Source: Acidimicrobiia bacterium (lineage in GTDB: Bacteria > Actinomycetota > Acidimicrobiia > Acidimicrobiales > AC-14). Taken from it: a stretch of DNA of 64,000 bases. Made by a program: the position numbers and the translations under genes. Location of the stretch: assembly GCA_023265025.1 (NCBI GenBank), contig JAHFUP010000016.1, positions 4,754 through 68,753 on the forward strand, written 5' to 3'. The notes under the pieces are model-generated. The model was not told where the DNA came from and did no database searches. It saw only the letters and a program-made list of their open reading frames with translations. Below, one piece after another: positions 19,696 through 29,476 of this stretch. Position 1 is the first letter of the stretch, and every line of letters begins with the position of its first letter.

Positions 19696-20585
19696 GCGCG
19701 AGATACTCCCTCGTCGGCGTGCGAAAGGCGACCACCGCGCCCCAGGAGGCGTTCATCGCCAAGACCACCGAGGTGCTCTCCGCCGACGACCGGGTGCTGG
19801 CCGCCTACCTCGTCGGGGGCTTCGCCGTCGGCATGGGCGACGCCTTCAGCGACGTGGACCTCCAAATCATCGTGGCGAAGGAGGCGGCGGAGGATCTGGC
19901 GGAGTCCTGGATCGAGTTGATCCACCGCATCGCTCCGACCGTCTGGATCCAGCCCTTCGGCATCGCCCCCGGCGCCGTGCGCCGCACGGGCGCCGGCGGC
20001 CTTTGCATCACCCCCGAGTGGATGCACTTCGACGTCGTGTTCCGGGCCGAGGGCGAGATCGACGCTCACACCGTCGTCGGCATGGTCCCGCTGTTCGACA
20101 AAGCAGGGCTGCTGCCGGGAGAGCCTGTGCCTCGGCCGGACCGCCGCACCGAGCCGTTCTACCCCGAGGTGACCGTCAACTTCTTCCTCTACATGGTCGG
20201 CAACGTCGTCAGCGCCATCGGGCGGGACGAGCCCGTGCCGGCCAGCAACGGTGTGATCATGATGCGCGACATCGGGCTCGTGGGACTTCTGCTGGCCGAA
20301 CAGGGTTGGGCGACGACGCGCGAGCACAACGCCGGGAATCCCTTCCCCTTCACCAAGCGCCTGCGCCGCTACCTCACGGACGAGCAGAACGCCCTGCTGG
20401 GGTCGCTGCCGCCGCTCAGCCCCACCATCGACTCGGCCATCGACGGCTACGTCGCCCTGATCGAGATCTTCCTGCCCCGAGCCCGACGGCTGGCCGAGGC
20501 CTCCGGCGGCGCCTTCCCCGAGGCCTACGCCCGCGCCGGCATCTCCTACTTCGAGCGGAGCGTGGGCGCCCGAATCACGGTGTGA
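19692..20585 (+). CDS. Pol-beta-superfamily nucleotidyltransferase (ANT(6)/Lnu-like)
   Basis: GGFAVGMGDAFSDVDLQII nucleotidyltransferase motif. ATGA overlap with the upstream gene. Confidence 0.7.
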   Translation: MSARYSLVGVRKATTAPQEAFIAKTTEVLSADDRVLAAYLVGGFAVGMGDAFSDVDLQIIVAKEAAEDLAESWIELIHRIAPTVWIQPFGIAPGAVRRTGAGGLCITPEWMHFDVVFRAEGEIDAHTVVGMVPLFDKAGLLPGEPVPRPDRRTEPFYPEVTVNFFLYMVGNVVSAIGRDEPVPASNGVIMMRDIGLVGLLLAEQGWATTREHNAGNPFPFTKRLRRYLTDEQNALLGSLPPLSPTIDSAIDGYVALIEIFLPRARRLAEASGGAFPEAYARAGISYFERSVGARITV

Positions 20586-20630
20586 GTCGGTGGGCAACCT
20601 CCAACACGACCCGCCAGGGGGCCAGCCGGT

Positions 20631-20680
20631 GCCGGTCGTCGTTCCTCCTGCGGGACCCGGTCGGCGTTCCTCCTGCGGGA
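20631..20680 (+). repeat. 26-nt tandem repeat family, locus D (about 2 units, partial ends)
   Basis: CCGGTCGTCGTT + CCTCCTGCGGGACCCGGTCGGCGTT + CCTCCTGCGGGAC. Lies between convergent genes. Confidence 0.85.
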
Positions 20681-20877
20681 CGGGACGACAGGATCGGGCG
20701 GTCGCCTGTCGCGTGTTCTGTGACAGCCCGGGGAGATAGCGGGCGACCCCGACCCGTCGATCTGGCGCCGAGCGGGCACTCTCGCTCAAGATTCCCTTTT
20801 CTGGACTCGCACCGCGGTGCCCGGCTACGTCGTGGCCGAACCGGGGGTGACGCACGAGGCACTCGGGTACCCGGGGA

Positions 20878-21615
20878 TTATGCGCTCGCCGCCGCCGCTG
20901 CCGCTGCTGCCGCCGCCACGGCCGCGGGCGTTCGGCGACCGACGATTGCGGGTGCCTCGTGTATCAGCTCGTGGTTCTCAAGTGCCGCAACCATGAACAG
21001 CGCAAAGTCCACTCGGCGCGTCATGTTGCTCTTGAGAATCGCGTCACCCACATGCCGACTCCAGACCGGAAGACCTTCGCTCTCGCCTTCCTCCAACTCG
21101 CTTCCCCGCACAACGGTCCACCGCGTGTCGCTGGCGAACACGCGCCGGCAGGCTTCAACCTGGTCGTCGAGGTCCACCGCTCGAAGGAGCTTCGCGATCC
21201 GGCCGAGAACAACTACCTTGAATCTGAGCCTCCGTGAGTAGACGTCCTGACCGTCAAGCGAGATGTGCCACCCGCTGGAGAAAATGAGGCGAGCGCCCGG
21301 TGGGGCGAGGTCGAGCACCGCTTGAGCCGTTTGGCGGGAGTACCCGAGGACACCTCGCGGCACGAGTACGGTGATCACACCGTCGCACCCGGCTACCGCT
21401 TGCTCGATGACCTCGCGGTCGTCCGTCGCCCCGGGTACGACGGTTATGCGGCCCGCGAACTCGTCGAGTTTCGGGACGCTCTGTTCACGGCATACGCCGA
21501 CCACCTCATAGCCGCGGTCGAGCGCATGCTGCACGATGTACTTTCCGGTCTTCCCCGAGGCCCCGACGACGCAGACCTTCATCTCGGTCGGGCGGCTTTG
21601 CGCATCCGTTGTCAT
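20878..21615 (-). CDS. NAD(P)H-binding atypical SDR (NmrA/BVR-B-like) with poly-Ala C-terminus
   Basis: MKVCVVGASGKTGKY Rossmann motif. ATG 21615 overlaps the stop of the upstream ORF (ATGA). C-terminal AAVAAAAAAAAAASA is encoded by a GCN repeat. Confidence 0.75.
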   Translation of the reverse strand: MTTDAQSRPTEMKVCVVGASGKTGKYIVQHALDRGYEVVGVCREQSVPKLDEFAGRITVVPGATDDREVIEQAVAGCDGVITVLVPRGVLGYSRQTAQAVLDLAPPGARLIFSSGWHISLDGQDVYSRRLRFKVVVLGRIAKLLRAVDLDDQVEACRRVFASDTRWTVVRGSELEEGESEGLPVWSRHVGDAILKSNMTRRVDFALFMVAALENHELIHEAPAIVGRRTPAAVAAAAAAAAAASA

Positions 21616-21848
21616 GATGCGTCGATCTGATGGGAGGCGAACCCTTTGGCGAAGAGCCAGTTCGGGAGAATCAGCTCGAAGAGGCCGCCCGGGACCAAGG
21701 CGACCGTCCCGGCGCCGTGTGTCACGTCGACCCCACCGACTCGGGCGGTCCCATGCACGCTGGAGTCCGGGCGATCGACTGGCGGGACGGCCGCCACCGG
21801 GCCCGACCCGACGAAGATCGCCTTGCCCAATGCTGTCCGAGCTCTCAT
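21612..21848 (-). CDS. Hypothetical 78-aa protein, translationally coupled to the SDR gene
   Basis: Stop overlaps the downstream ATG (ATGA). High GC3. No motif recognised. Confidence 0.4.
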   Translation of the reverse strand: MRARTALGKAIFVGSGPVAAVPPVDRPDSSVHGTARVGGVDVTHGAGTVALVPGGLFELILPNWLFAKGFASHQIDAS

Positions 21849-21954
21849 GGCACGTCCTCCCGTGACTGGATGTCACCGGAGTGTGCGCCACCGCCCTGTC
21901 AGCGTTCTTTGACGAAATGGCGGGCCGAGACAGAACGCCAACAGCCCCGTCCCG

Positions 21955-22416
21955 CTAGCTTCCCTCTGCCGCCGCCTTCAGGCGCTGGAGCGTCGCATGC
22001 ATCGTCTGGTCGTTTCGCTCTCCACGATCCCGTGCGCCGGTGATGTACGGCGAGAAGGTGCGCAAGAGGCGACCACGGCGATCATCGACCGACTCGGTGA
22101 GCAGGGTGGACTCCGCACCGAGAGGGGTGAACTCGTACCGCCAGCTCGCCACCGGCAGCCCCATGTAGGTGACGTCGAACGCCAGCTGCCGTCCCGGATC
22201 CGCGGCGACGATCGTCGCCCGCGTCGACCAGCGGTGCCAGCCGTTGCGGCTCGTGCCCCGAAAGCGGGCGCCGGGGCGGGCCTCCTGGAGACCCGGGAGC
22301 CACCGGCATCGCTCGCATTCTGGGCTCCATTTCCCCATGCGACGGACGTCGGCCAACAGGCGGTATATGTCCTCCGGGCGGGCCTCGATCTCGATGGCGA
22401 CCTGGCGGCTACTCAC
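21955..22416 (-). CDS. SRPBCC (START/polyketide cyclase-dehydrase-like) family protein
   Basis: Size and pattern fit (..IEARPEDIYRLLADVRRMGKWSPE..). Confidence 0.65.
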   Translation of the reverse strand: MSSRQVAIEIEARPEDIYRLLADVRRMGKWSPECERCRWLPGLQEARPGARFRGTSRNGWHRWSTRATIVAADPGRQLAFDVTYMGLPVASWRYEFTPLGAESTLLTESVDDRRGRLLRTFSPYITGARDRGERNDQTMHATLQRLKAAAEGS

Positions 22417-22452
22417 GTCGGCCTCACTACCGACATCACACGCCCGGCCGCA

Positions 22453-24240
22453 TCATCGACCGGACCCCAACAGTTCCGCGATGAGATCGTCCAGCCCCAC
22501 CGTCTCCACGTCGCTCCTCTGCTGCACGGCCAGCGGACTCCCGAGCGCGTCACGGGCGTCCCGCTCGATCGCCTCCAAGCTGCGCTGATCGGGGACGCGC
22601 AGCGGCAAGTTGCGACGGCCGCGCTCCCGGCGCGCCACGGCGAGCAATCGGATTACCTGGCCGTGCGCCGCCTCGGCGGCCGCGATCCGAGCCAGGTCCT
22701 CCAGGGCTTCGCAGGTCGCCGCGGCATGTCCGATGCGGGCGGCGAGCTCCAGCGCCCGGAGGTGCAGCCCACGGGCGTCGGCGAAGCGCCCAGCGGCGCC
22801 GTGGCTCTCACCCAGCAGGTGCAGTGCGGCGACCACCCCCTCGGTGTAGCCGATCGACTCCTGCGCGGCCAGGGCCTCCCGTGCCGCGGCGGCTGCGGCA
22901 TCGATGTCGCCAAGAAAGAGGTCGGCTCGAGCCGCCTGTTCGAGGGCAATGCCCACGACGTGCCGATCGCCGCATGCCCGGGCGGCGGCCAGGGCGGAGC
23001 CGGTCATGGACCGGGCGTCAGGCTCTCCGGCGTCGAGCGCGGTGCGGGCGCGGAGCACGGAGCAGACCGCCTCACCCCAGAGGTCGCCGGCCGCCCGGAA
23101 CCGACGGAGCGCCTCGTCATGGCTGGCCGCCGCCTCGGGATCCCCGAGCGCCCATTGCGCCACGGCCAGCGTGTTCAACGCGAGCCCAATCGCCTGATCG
23201 TCGCCGCCCTCACGGGCCAGCACGACGCTCTCGGCCCCAGCGGCACGCGCCCTCTCGAGCTGCCCGAGCGATGCGACGAGCAATCCGAACCCCCAGAGCA
23301 CCCTGGCTCGAACGAGCTGGGAGAGACCGGGCGTGGCCAGCGCCCGCTCGTGATACTGGATGGCTTCGTCGAGCATGCCGCTGAGTGTCCAGAACCAGGC
23401 TAGCGCGCCGGCAAGGCGGGCGGCCGTGGGGCCGTCGCCGGTTGCGAATGCCCAGTCGAGAGCAGCGCGGAAGTTGGCGATGTCGGCGCGGAGGCTGGCC
23501 AGCCATGGGCCTTGTTCGGGGCCGCGCACCTGGGCCTCGGCCACCTCCGCACGGGCGCGGTAGAAGTCTGCGTGTCGCCGACGGGTGTCCGGCGCTTCGC
23601 CGGACTGGTCGAGCAGCTCGTTGGCATAAGCGCTCAGGGTGTCCAGCAACCGGTACCGGTCGTCGCCCACGACGACGGCCATAGACTGGCGGACGAGCGC
23701 GGCGAGCAGGCCCAGCGGATCGGGTAGCTCATGGCCGGCGACGGCGACTGCCGCGTCCAGGTCGAAACTGCCTGCGAACACTCCCAGGCGTTCGAAGAAC
23801 CGCCGTTGCCGATCGTCGAGAAGCGCGAAGCTCCAGTCGATCGCGGCGCGCAGCGTCTGCTGACGGAGAGCCAGGTCACGCCCGCCTTCGACGAGCAGGT
23901 CGAATCGGTTCTGGAGGCGAGCCCGGATGGCAGCCGGAGTCAGCACGTCGGCCCTGGCCGCGGCCAACTCGATGGCCAGAGGCAGGCCGTCGAGCGCAAG
24001 GCAGATGGCGGACACGTCCTCGGCATTGCGGTCGGTCAGCTCAAAGTCCGGTCGCACACGCGCCGCCCGGTCTTCGAACAGGCCGACGGCCGGGAACGCC
24101 CCCGCCTCGCGGGCCGTCCGGGCCTGAGGCGGGGGCAGAGCGAGAGGTGGTACCGGCCAGGCGATCTCCCCGCTGATCCTCAGCGGCCTACGGCTCGTGG
24201 CCAGCACGCGCACCTCCCGGCCATGGTGGAGGACCCGCGT
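22453..24240 (-). pseudogene. 5'-truncated NB-ARC/TPR-type regulator (AfsR/SARP-LuxR-like ATPase family), N-terminal domains missing
   Basis: Similarity starts inside the ATPase domain (..VRVLATSRRPL..GLPLAIELAAAR..) followed by TPR-like repeats. No P-loop or DNA-binding domain lies upstream. Abuts an opposite-strand gene fragment. Confidence 0.7.
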
Positions 24241-24241
24241 T

Positions 24242-24364
24242 GACATCCTGCTCGACGTCTCCAACGCCGGGCTATGGATGGCCCACTGCCACATCGCCGA
24301 GCACGCCCAGAGCGGGATGATGTTCAGCTTCGACGTCGCCCGGCGCGGCCAGGGGGATCAGTAG
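24242..24364 (+). pseudogene. C-terminal fragment of a multicopper oxidase
   Basis: Reads DILLDVSNAGLWMAHCHIAEHAQSGMMFSFDV..*. HCHIAEHAQSGM fits the multicopper oxidase signature H-C-H-x3-H-x3-[AG]-[LM]. No upstream coding body. Confidence 0.75.
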
Positions 24365-24518
24365 CCCGGCGGTCGTCCTGATCGGCGACCACGCCGCCAC
24401 CGGAGACGAGCTTCCCAAGCGGTACGGGGCCACTTACCGGATCATCGCCTACCGGTCGGCCGGGGAGACGCTGCGTGCGCCTCAGCGGCTCGGATCCATG
24501 GCGTCTGGCTCCCGATGC

Positions 24519-24560
24519 GACCCCGGTCGTCGTTCCTCCTGCGGGACCCAGGTCGTCGTT
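24519..24560 (+). repeat. 26-nt tandem repeat family, locus E (about 1.6 units)
   Basis: GACCCCGGTCGTCGTT + CCTCCTGCGGGACCCAGGTCGTCGTT. Lies between the oxidase fragment and the IS remnant. Confidence 0.85.
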
Positions 24561-24639
24561 CGGCGAGCGGGTATGGCCAACGGAGCCACTCGGACGAGCT
24601 CGAGGGGGGCGAACTCGGAGTGAAGACCGCCACCCCGGC

Positions 24640-25033
24640 GCCCAGTTGAGCTTCGCCGACATCGGGGGTCACCGCTTCCAGATCTGTGAGACAGACCTCG
24701 CCGAGGAGGACGTCGCCTACATCGAAGCCCTTTACCGCGGACGGGGCCGGGCCAAGCGGCGCATCTGTGAGGCCAAGGACACCGGGCTGGCCAACCTGCC
24801 CTCGGCGTCCTTCGCCATCAACCAGGTCTGGGTCGAGGTCTGCCTCTTCGCCCAGGATCTGCTTTGTTGGCCCCGGCTGCTGCTCCTCGACGGCGACCTT
24901 GGGTGGGCCGAGCCCAAGCGGCTGCGCTACTGCCTCGGGGCGGAAATGGTTGCGCGTTGGCGACGCCTGGCCGTGGGTCGGCCAGCTCATCGGCGCGGTC
25001 GACCGGCTCCGCACGCTTCCGTTGCGCGCCTGA
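24640..25033 (+). mobile_element. IS1380-family transposase C-terminal remnant (frameshifted, no 5' part)
   Basis: ..HRFQICETDLAEEDVAYIEALYRGRGRAKRRICEAKDTGLANLPSASFAINQVWVEVCLFAQDLL..AEPKRLRY.. then, in another frame, ..WPWVGQLIGAVDRLRTLP*. Both match the IS1380 C-terminal pattern as I recall it. Confidence 0.65.
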
Positions 25034-25270
25034 GCCAGGGCGCATCTGGACCGCCGGCGGCCACGCGCTACGAGCCGGCACAAAACAGCCCATCCCGGCA
25101 CCGGACGCCCCGAAGCGGCCCGGAACCGACGAGCGCAGTCTGACTGCGCCTGGTCCGGGCGCCCGCCGGTTATTCGGGCAACTCGGTCGCTCACCGAACG
25201 GTCTGGGCTAGCTTTCGCAAAGATGGGTAAATCGTCGTGCTGCGTTGGCGCTCAACAGCGCCGGGTTCGT

Positions 25271-25768
25271 TCAGTCTGACCAGCGGGCCCGGTTGGCTGC
25301 GATAGACCTTCTCGCAGCCAGCAACACTCGTCCCAGCCACACCAACAGCCCCAAGTTGAGGATCAGCACTGGGAGGGTGGTCGACGTCACGGGAATGGTG
25401 ACGAGGAGCAGCCCGGCCAAAGGAAGCGCAGGCCATCGACCCGAGTCCGCCCGTTCGGCGACCCGGACGTCGAGGACGGCCCGCGCCGCATCGGGCGCCG
25501 GCTGTCCTTTCCGTATCCGTGTCAACGCAGCCTTGCGCGTCTCGGCATCGAGATCCCACACCACGGAGGGTCCGAAGAGCTTGCTGGCGGAGTGCAGGCC
25601 GCGACGGGCTATTGCGTACACCGCGAGAAGGGCAACGATTGTGAGGAAAAGGATCGTCCCGCTGGTAGCCAATCCCACGTGCCAGTCGAAGAAGGTGATC
25701 ATGACGAGCAGTACGGCGACCGCGCCGGCGAACATCGCCGGCACGACGATGTTCAACCTGCGCTTCAT
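25271..25768 (-). CDS. Hypothetical membrane protein (about 4 TM segments)
   Basis: Hydrophobic segments IVVPAMFAGAVAVLLVMITFF, GTILFLTIVALLAVYAI, LPLAGLLLVTIPV, LPVLILNLGLLVWLG. The start is uncertain (25768 or 25840). Confidence 0.55.
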   Translation of the reverse strand: MKRRLNIVVPAMFAGAVAVLLVMITFFDWHVGLATSGTILFLTIVALLAVYAIARRGLHSASKLFGPSVVWDLDAETRKAALTRIRKGQPAPDAARAVLDVRVAERADSGRWPALPLAGLLLVTIPVTSTTLPVLILNLGLLVWLGRVLLAARRSIAANRARWSD

Positions 25769-25921
25769 GTGCCGCGTCGCACGCAGCTCCCAACCCTCAC
25801 GCACGGGAGGGTCCCGTGCGGGGCTGGCCGCCGCTGACACTGGGCACCGAGTCCGAGCGGCGCCGCACAGCAGGTTTCACGAGATCAACCGGGGCCCTGC
25901 CCGCAGGCGGGATGAGACTGT

Positions 25922-26800
25922 TCAGGACTCGACCACGTCGAGCTTGAACCCCAGCTCGGCATCGACGGCGGTCCGCATCCGATCGATGGCGTCACGATCG
26001 TCCAACAGGTACCGGTCGAAGAAGTCGAGGCTCGTTGCGATAACCACCCGGGTATCGGGCAGAGGCCGGTTCTCCGTGCCGACGTAGGGCCGAGCATGGT
26101 CGGCGCTCGGCACGTCGCTGGGCGGGACGGTAAGCATGATCTTCGGCGGAGCGGCGTCGACGAACATCTGTCTGCCGCGCTCGAACGGAACTGATGGATC
26201 CGCAACGCCATGAACCACGAGTAGCGGCGTGTGGATTCCGGAGAAGTAGGCGGAACCTACCGGAGCAGAGCCGGCGAGCATGACGCCGGCCTTGACACGA
26301 CGATCCACGCAGCACCGGTTGAAACCGAGGCCGAGCACGGTGAACGCCCCCGCAGAGTGGCCAGCCAGGGCGATCCTTTCGGGATCGACCATCCCGGCAT
26401 ACGGGCTGGTCCGTTCGGCACTCATCGCCAAGAGCCGAGTAATCACAAAGCTCACGTCCTGCGGCGGGTACGGAGGATCGGAGGTGAGCTTCGGCGCCGC
26501 CACCACGTACCCCCCTCGGGCCCACGCTTCGAGCAGCACGCGGTAGTAGTCCGGATTGCTCCCGCTGCCGTGGACGAAGACGATCAAAGGAAACGCCCTA
26601 CCCGCCTCGGCCGGCGTGCGGACGGGGACGTACATGGTGGTGTCGAGGGCAGGCCGACTCTCGTCGGCGAACGACTCGGTGCGCACGTCGAAGCGGAACT
26701 CGCGTTGGGACTGCTCGGGGGTCCTGGACCCGCCGCCACAGGCCACGGCCAGGAGCGAGACGACAACGAGCCTCGCCGCCAACTCGATGTTCCGCCGCAT
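25922..26800 (-). CDS. Alpha/beta-hydrolase lipoprotein
   Basis: Lipobox LLAVACGG. Nucleophile elbow GHSAG. Also FVHGSGSNP. Confidence 0.75.
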   Translation of the reverse strand: MRRNIELAARLVVVSLLAVACGGGSRTPEQSQREFRFDVRTESFADESRPALDTTMYVPVRTPAEAGRAFPLIVFVHGSGSNPDYYRVLLEAWARGGYVVAAPKLTSDPPYPPQDVSFVITRLLAMSAERTSPYAGMVDPERIALAGHSAGAFTVLGLGFNRCCVDRRVKAGVMLAGSAPVGSAYFSGIHTPLLVVHGVADPSVPFERGRQMFVDAAPPKIMLTVPPSDVPSADHARPYVGTENRPLPDTRVVIATSLDFFDRYLLDDRDAIDRMRTAVDAELGFKLDVVES

Positions 26801-27162
26801 CGCCGTGAGGATACCGGTCCAAATGAAACCGCGACGGCTGGCTATTGTGCGGGCCAAATCTTCCGCTCTGCGCTGCGGGTGCCGACGGGCCCAGGCGGCC
26901 CCCGCGCAGAATCTGCCGCCCGTGGCACCTCGCTACTACGTCGTGGTGGCCGGCCACGCGGGGAGCGGGAAGACCCCCTTCCGTCGCCCTTGCTGCAGAG
27001 CTGCAGCTTCCTCTCATGCGCAGGGAAGCGTCAGCGCCGGTGCGCAGCGAACTGTCAGCGCCCGTGGTCGTGACAGCGCCCGGAAGCGAGGCTTGGTAGG
27101 ACCGGCCCACATCGTCAGTTCGGGCCTTCGGGGCCCGGAATCGTCGTCGGCGTCTTCGGCCA

Positions 27163-27237
27163 GGTCGTTCATCCTGCGGCACCCCGGTCGTCGTTCCTCC
27201 TATGGGAACCCGGCCGTCGTTCCTCGTGGGGCACCGG
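27163..27237 (+). repeat. 26-nt tandem repeat family, locus F (about 3 degenerate units)
   Basis: CATCCTGCGGCACCCCGGTCGTCGTT, CCTCCTATGGGAACCCGGCCGTCGTT, CCTCGTGGGGCACCGG. Confidence 0.8.
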
Positions 27238-27617
27238 ACCAGGGGCTGGCCAGGTCGCGCGCCTCAGCGGTGAGCATGTCGCCGATCGCCTTGGCCACTA
27301 CATCGTCGTCACTCATCGTCGCCCCCTGGCGAATAGCAGCTTCGAACCCCCCGCCTCCGAGCATCAGGCCGAGGTCGGTGATGACGATGGAGCCGTTGCG
27401 CCTCGGGACCAAAGGTTGGCGGGGCGGTGAGCGAAGTCGTTGTCGCGCCGTAAAGTACGGCGGCTCTTTCGCCGGCGCCGACCCGGGTGAGCAGGTCGAT
27501 CAGGTTCCGGAGGGTGATCCACTGCTGCGTCCAGCTGCAGTGGCGGTGCCAGTGCTCGATGGCCTCCCGGTAGGCGCCCGGTGTCGGCCACCGCTTCACC
27601 TTCTCCGTGGCCCACAT
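27200..27617 (-). pseudogene. C-terminal remnant of a large ATPase/TPR regulator, frameshifted
   Basis: ..WITLRNLIDLLTRVGAGERAAVLYGA.. (ORF 27309..27617) continues as ..EAAIRQGATMSDDDVVAKAIGDML.. (ORF 27200..27412). No upstream body. The 3' end runs into repeat locus F. Confidence 0.45.
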
Positions 27618-27987
27618 CGCCGATCCCGGGCTCGACGATCGCTATGACGCCGCCTTCCTGTTCGAAGCGCTCCACGACCTCTCCCGCCCAGGCGAGGCAC
27701 TTCGGGCGATCCGAGCGGTCCTCTCCCACGGCGCCGCCCTTATCGTCGCCGACGAACGGGTGAGTGAGGCATTTACCGCGCCCGGCGACGAGATGGAGCG
27801 GCTGATGTACGGCTTCAGCATTCTCCACTGCCTCCCGACGAGGCGCGCCACCGCACCTTCGGCTGCGCTCGGCGCAGTTCTGCGCCCCAGCACCGTGGAG
27901 GCGCTCGGCGTCGAGGCCGGGTTCGCCTCGGTCGAGGTGCTCCCCATCGACCATGACCTCTGGCGCTTCTATCGGCTCCAGCCGTAA
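27607..27987 (+). pseudogene. C-terminal fragment of a class I SAM-dependent methyltransferase
   Basis: ..YDAAFLFEALHDLSRPGEALRAIRAVLSHGAALIVADE.. corresponds to post-motif-I regions. The SAM-binding GxGxG part is absent. Abuts the regulator remnant head to head. Confidence 0.5.
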
Positions 27988-28075
27988 GCGACGGCGACGG
28001 ATCCGCGCCCCAGAACAGAGCACCAGATCACACGAGCCGTCGCGTGCCTTCCGCTTGGCGCGTACGTTGACGCCC

Positions 28076-29173
28076 ATGACAACGAACCTTGGTCCGGGGC
28101 TCGGGGCGCCCCTCCAGGCCAAACTCGATGAGCTGAAGGTCCCTGGCGCGGTCGTCCTGGTCCGGTCAGCGTCCCACGGGGAGTGGAGCTCGGCCTTCGG
28201 CACGCGCGCCATCGGCGGCGACGAACGCGTGACGATGGACGATCACATCCGCATCGGGTCGAACACCAAGACGATGACGGGCGTTGTAATACTGCAACTC
28301 GTCCAGGAAGGCTCCATTGCACTAGACGATCCGGTCGCGGAGCACTGGCCCGACGTGCCGAACGGTCGGAGGATCACGATCGCCAGCATGCTCGAGATGC
28401 GCAGCGGCCTCTACAGCTACACGCTGGATGAGGCCTTCGAGGCTCGACTCGACACCGAGCCCGGCCATGCCTGGCACCCGACTGAGCTTCTGAGCATCGC
28501 CTTCGCGCATCCACCGTCGTTCAGCCCCGACGCCGGCTACGAGTACTCGAACACCAACACGGTTCTCCTCGGCCTCATCGTCGAACAACTCACCAACCAA
28601 CCGCTGGAGGAGGCGTTCCGGCAGCGAATATTCAAGCCCCTGGGACTGAAGGAAACGACGATGCCGGCGGCCGGGGACACCGGTATACCCACGCCCCATC
28701 CGCGCGGCTACATGTTCGGCACCAACGAGAGCACGCTGACGGAGCCCGGGGTGCCGGCGTGGCAGCGGGCGGCCTTGGCCGACGGGACGCTTCGCCCGAA
28801 CGACTTCACCGACAGCAGCCCGTCCTGGGCCTGGGCCGCCGGTGCGGCCATCTCCACCGCCGCCGACCTCGCCCGCTATGTCGAGGCTGTCGTCGACGGC
28901 GAGCTGCTACACGCCGACCAGCAGGAGAAGTGGCTGGCGAGCTTCCGTCCGACCGGCCCCGAACCGACCAGTCCGACCTACGGCTACCACTTGGGGCAAT
29001 TCGGGCCGCTGATCGGGCACACGGGCCAGATCCCCGGCTTCAACTCTTTCATGGGTCGCGATCCGGAGCGGCGCAACACCGTCGTCCTCTGGACGTCGCT
29101 CGTCAGCGGCCCGGACGGTCAGATGCCAGTGGCTGAGCTCGCCAAGATCATCATGGGTTCCCTCTACGCGTAG
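28076..29173 (+). CDS. Serine hydrolase, beta-lactamase class C / DD-peptidase family
   Basis: ATG 28076. SxxK (SNTK), YxN (YSN), HTG (IGHTGQIPGF). Confidence 0.8.
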   Translation: MTTNLGPGLGAPLQAKLDELKVPGAVVLVRSASHGEWSSAFGTRAIGGDERVTMDDHIRIGSNTKTMTGVVILQLVQEGSIALDDPVAEHWPDVPNGRRITIASMLEMRSGLYSYTLDEAFEARLDTEPGHAWHPTELLSIAFAHPPSFSPDAGYEYSNTNTVLLGLIVEQLTNQPLEEAFRQRIFKPLGLKETTMPAAGDTGIPTPHPRGYMFGTNESTLTEPGVPAWQRAALADGTLRPNDFTDSSPSWAWAAGAAISTAADLARYVEAVVDGELLHADQQEKWLASFRPTGPEPTSPTYGYHLGQFGPLIGHTGQIPGFNSFMGRDPERRNTVVLWTSLVSGPDGQMPVAELAKIIMGSLYA

Positions 29174-29242
29174 ACGGCAGGGGTTGGTTGTCGCGACGAA
29201 GCGGCCACCAGGTCCACCCACGTCGAACAGCGCCCTCGGGCC

Positions 29243-29476
29243 ATGACCCTCGACCCCGACGGGGCGATCTGGTTCACCCGGACGACAGCCAATCAAGTGG
29301 CGCGCATCGATACAGCCGGCAAGATCACGGAGTTCGCCGTCCCCACACCCAAAAGCTTCCCTCGCCACATCACCCCAGGGCCCGACGGGGCCGTGTGGTT
29401 TACGGAGTTCAACACCAACCAAGCTCGGTCGTATCGGCGGCGGACACACCTGCGTCGTCGGAGTCGGCGTTGGTGA
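29243..29476 (+). pseudogene. Fragment of a Vgb-like (streptogramin lyase-type) beta-propeller repeat protein
   Basis: Two repeat units: DPDGAIWFTRTTANQVARIDTAGKITEF and GPDGAVWFTEFNTNQ. The reading frame decays after that. Confidence 0.45.

Noticed and set aside
18740-20585. The PNP-like phosphorylase plus nucleotidyltransferase pair as a CBASS-like signalling defence module (nucleosidase effector plus CD-NTase).
   Set aside because: The nucleotidyltransferase C-terminal region looks like the ANT(6)/Lnu antibiotic-type family rather than a CD-NTase. The phosphorylase has no sensor domain (SAVED or similar) that I can see. Translational coupling alone is weak evidence.
20878-20925. GCN trinucleotide tract (poly-Ala) as a separate repeat feature or contingency locus.
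   Set aside because: It is in frame and simply encodes the C-terminal Ala tail of the SDR-like protein. Length changes in units of 3 would not switch expression.
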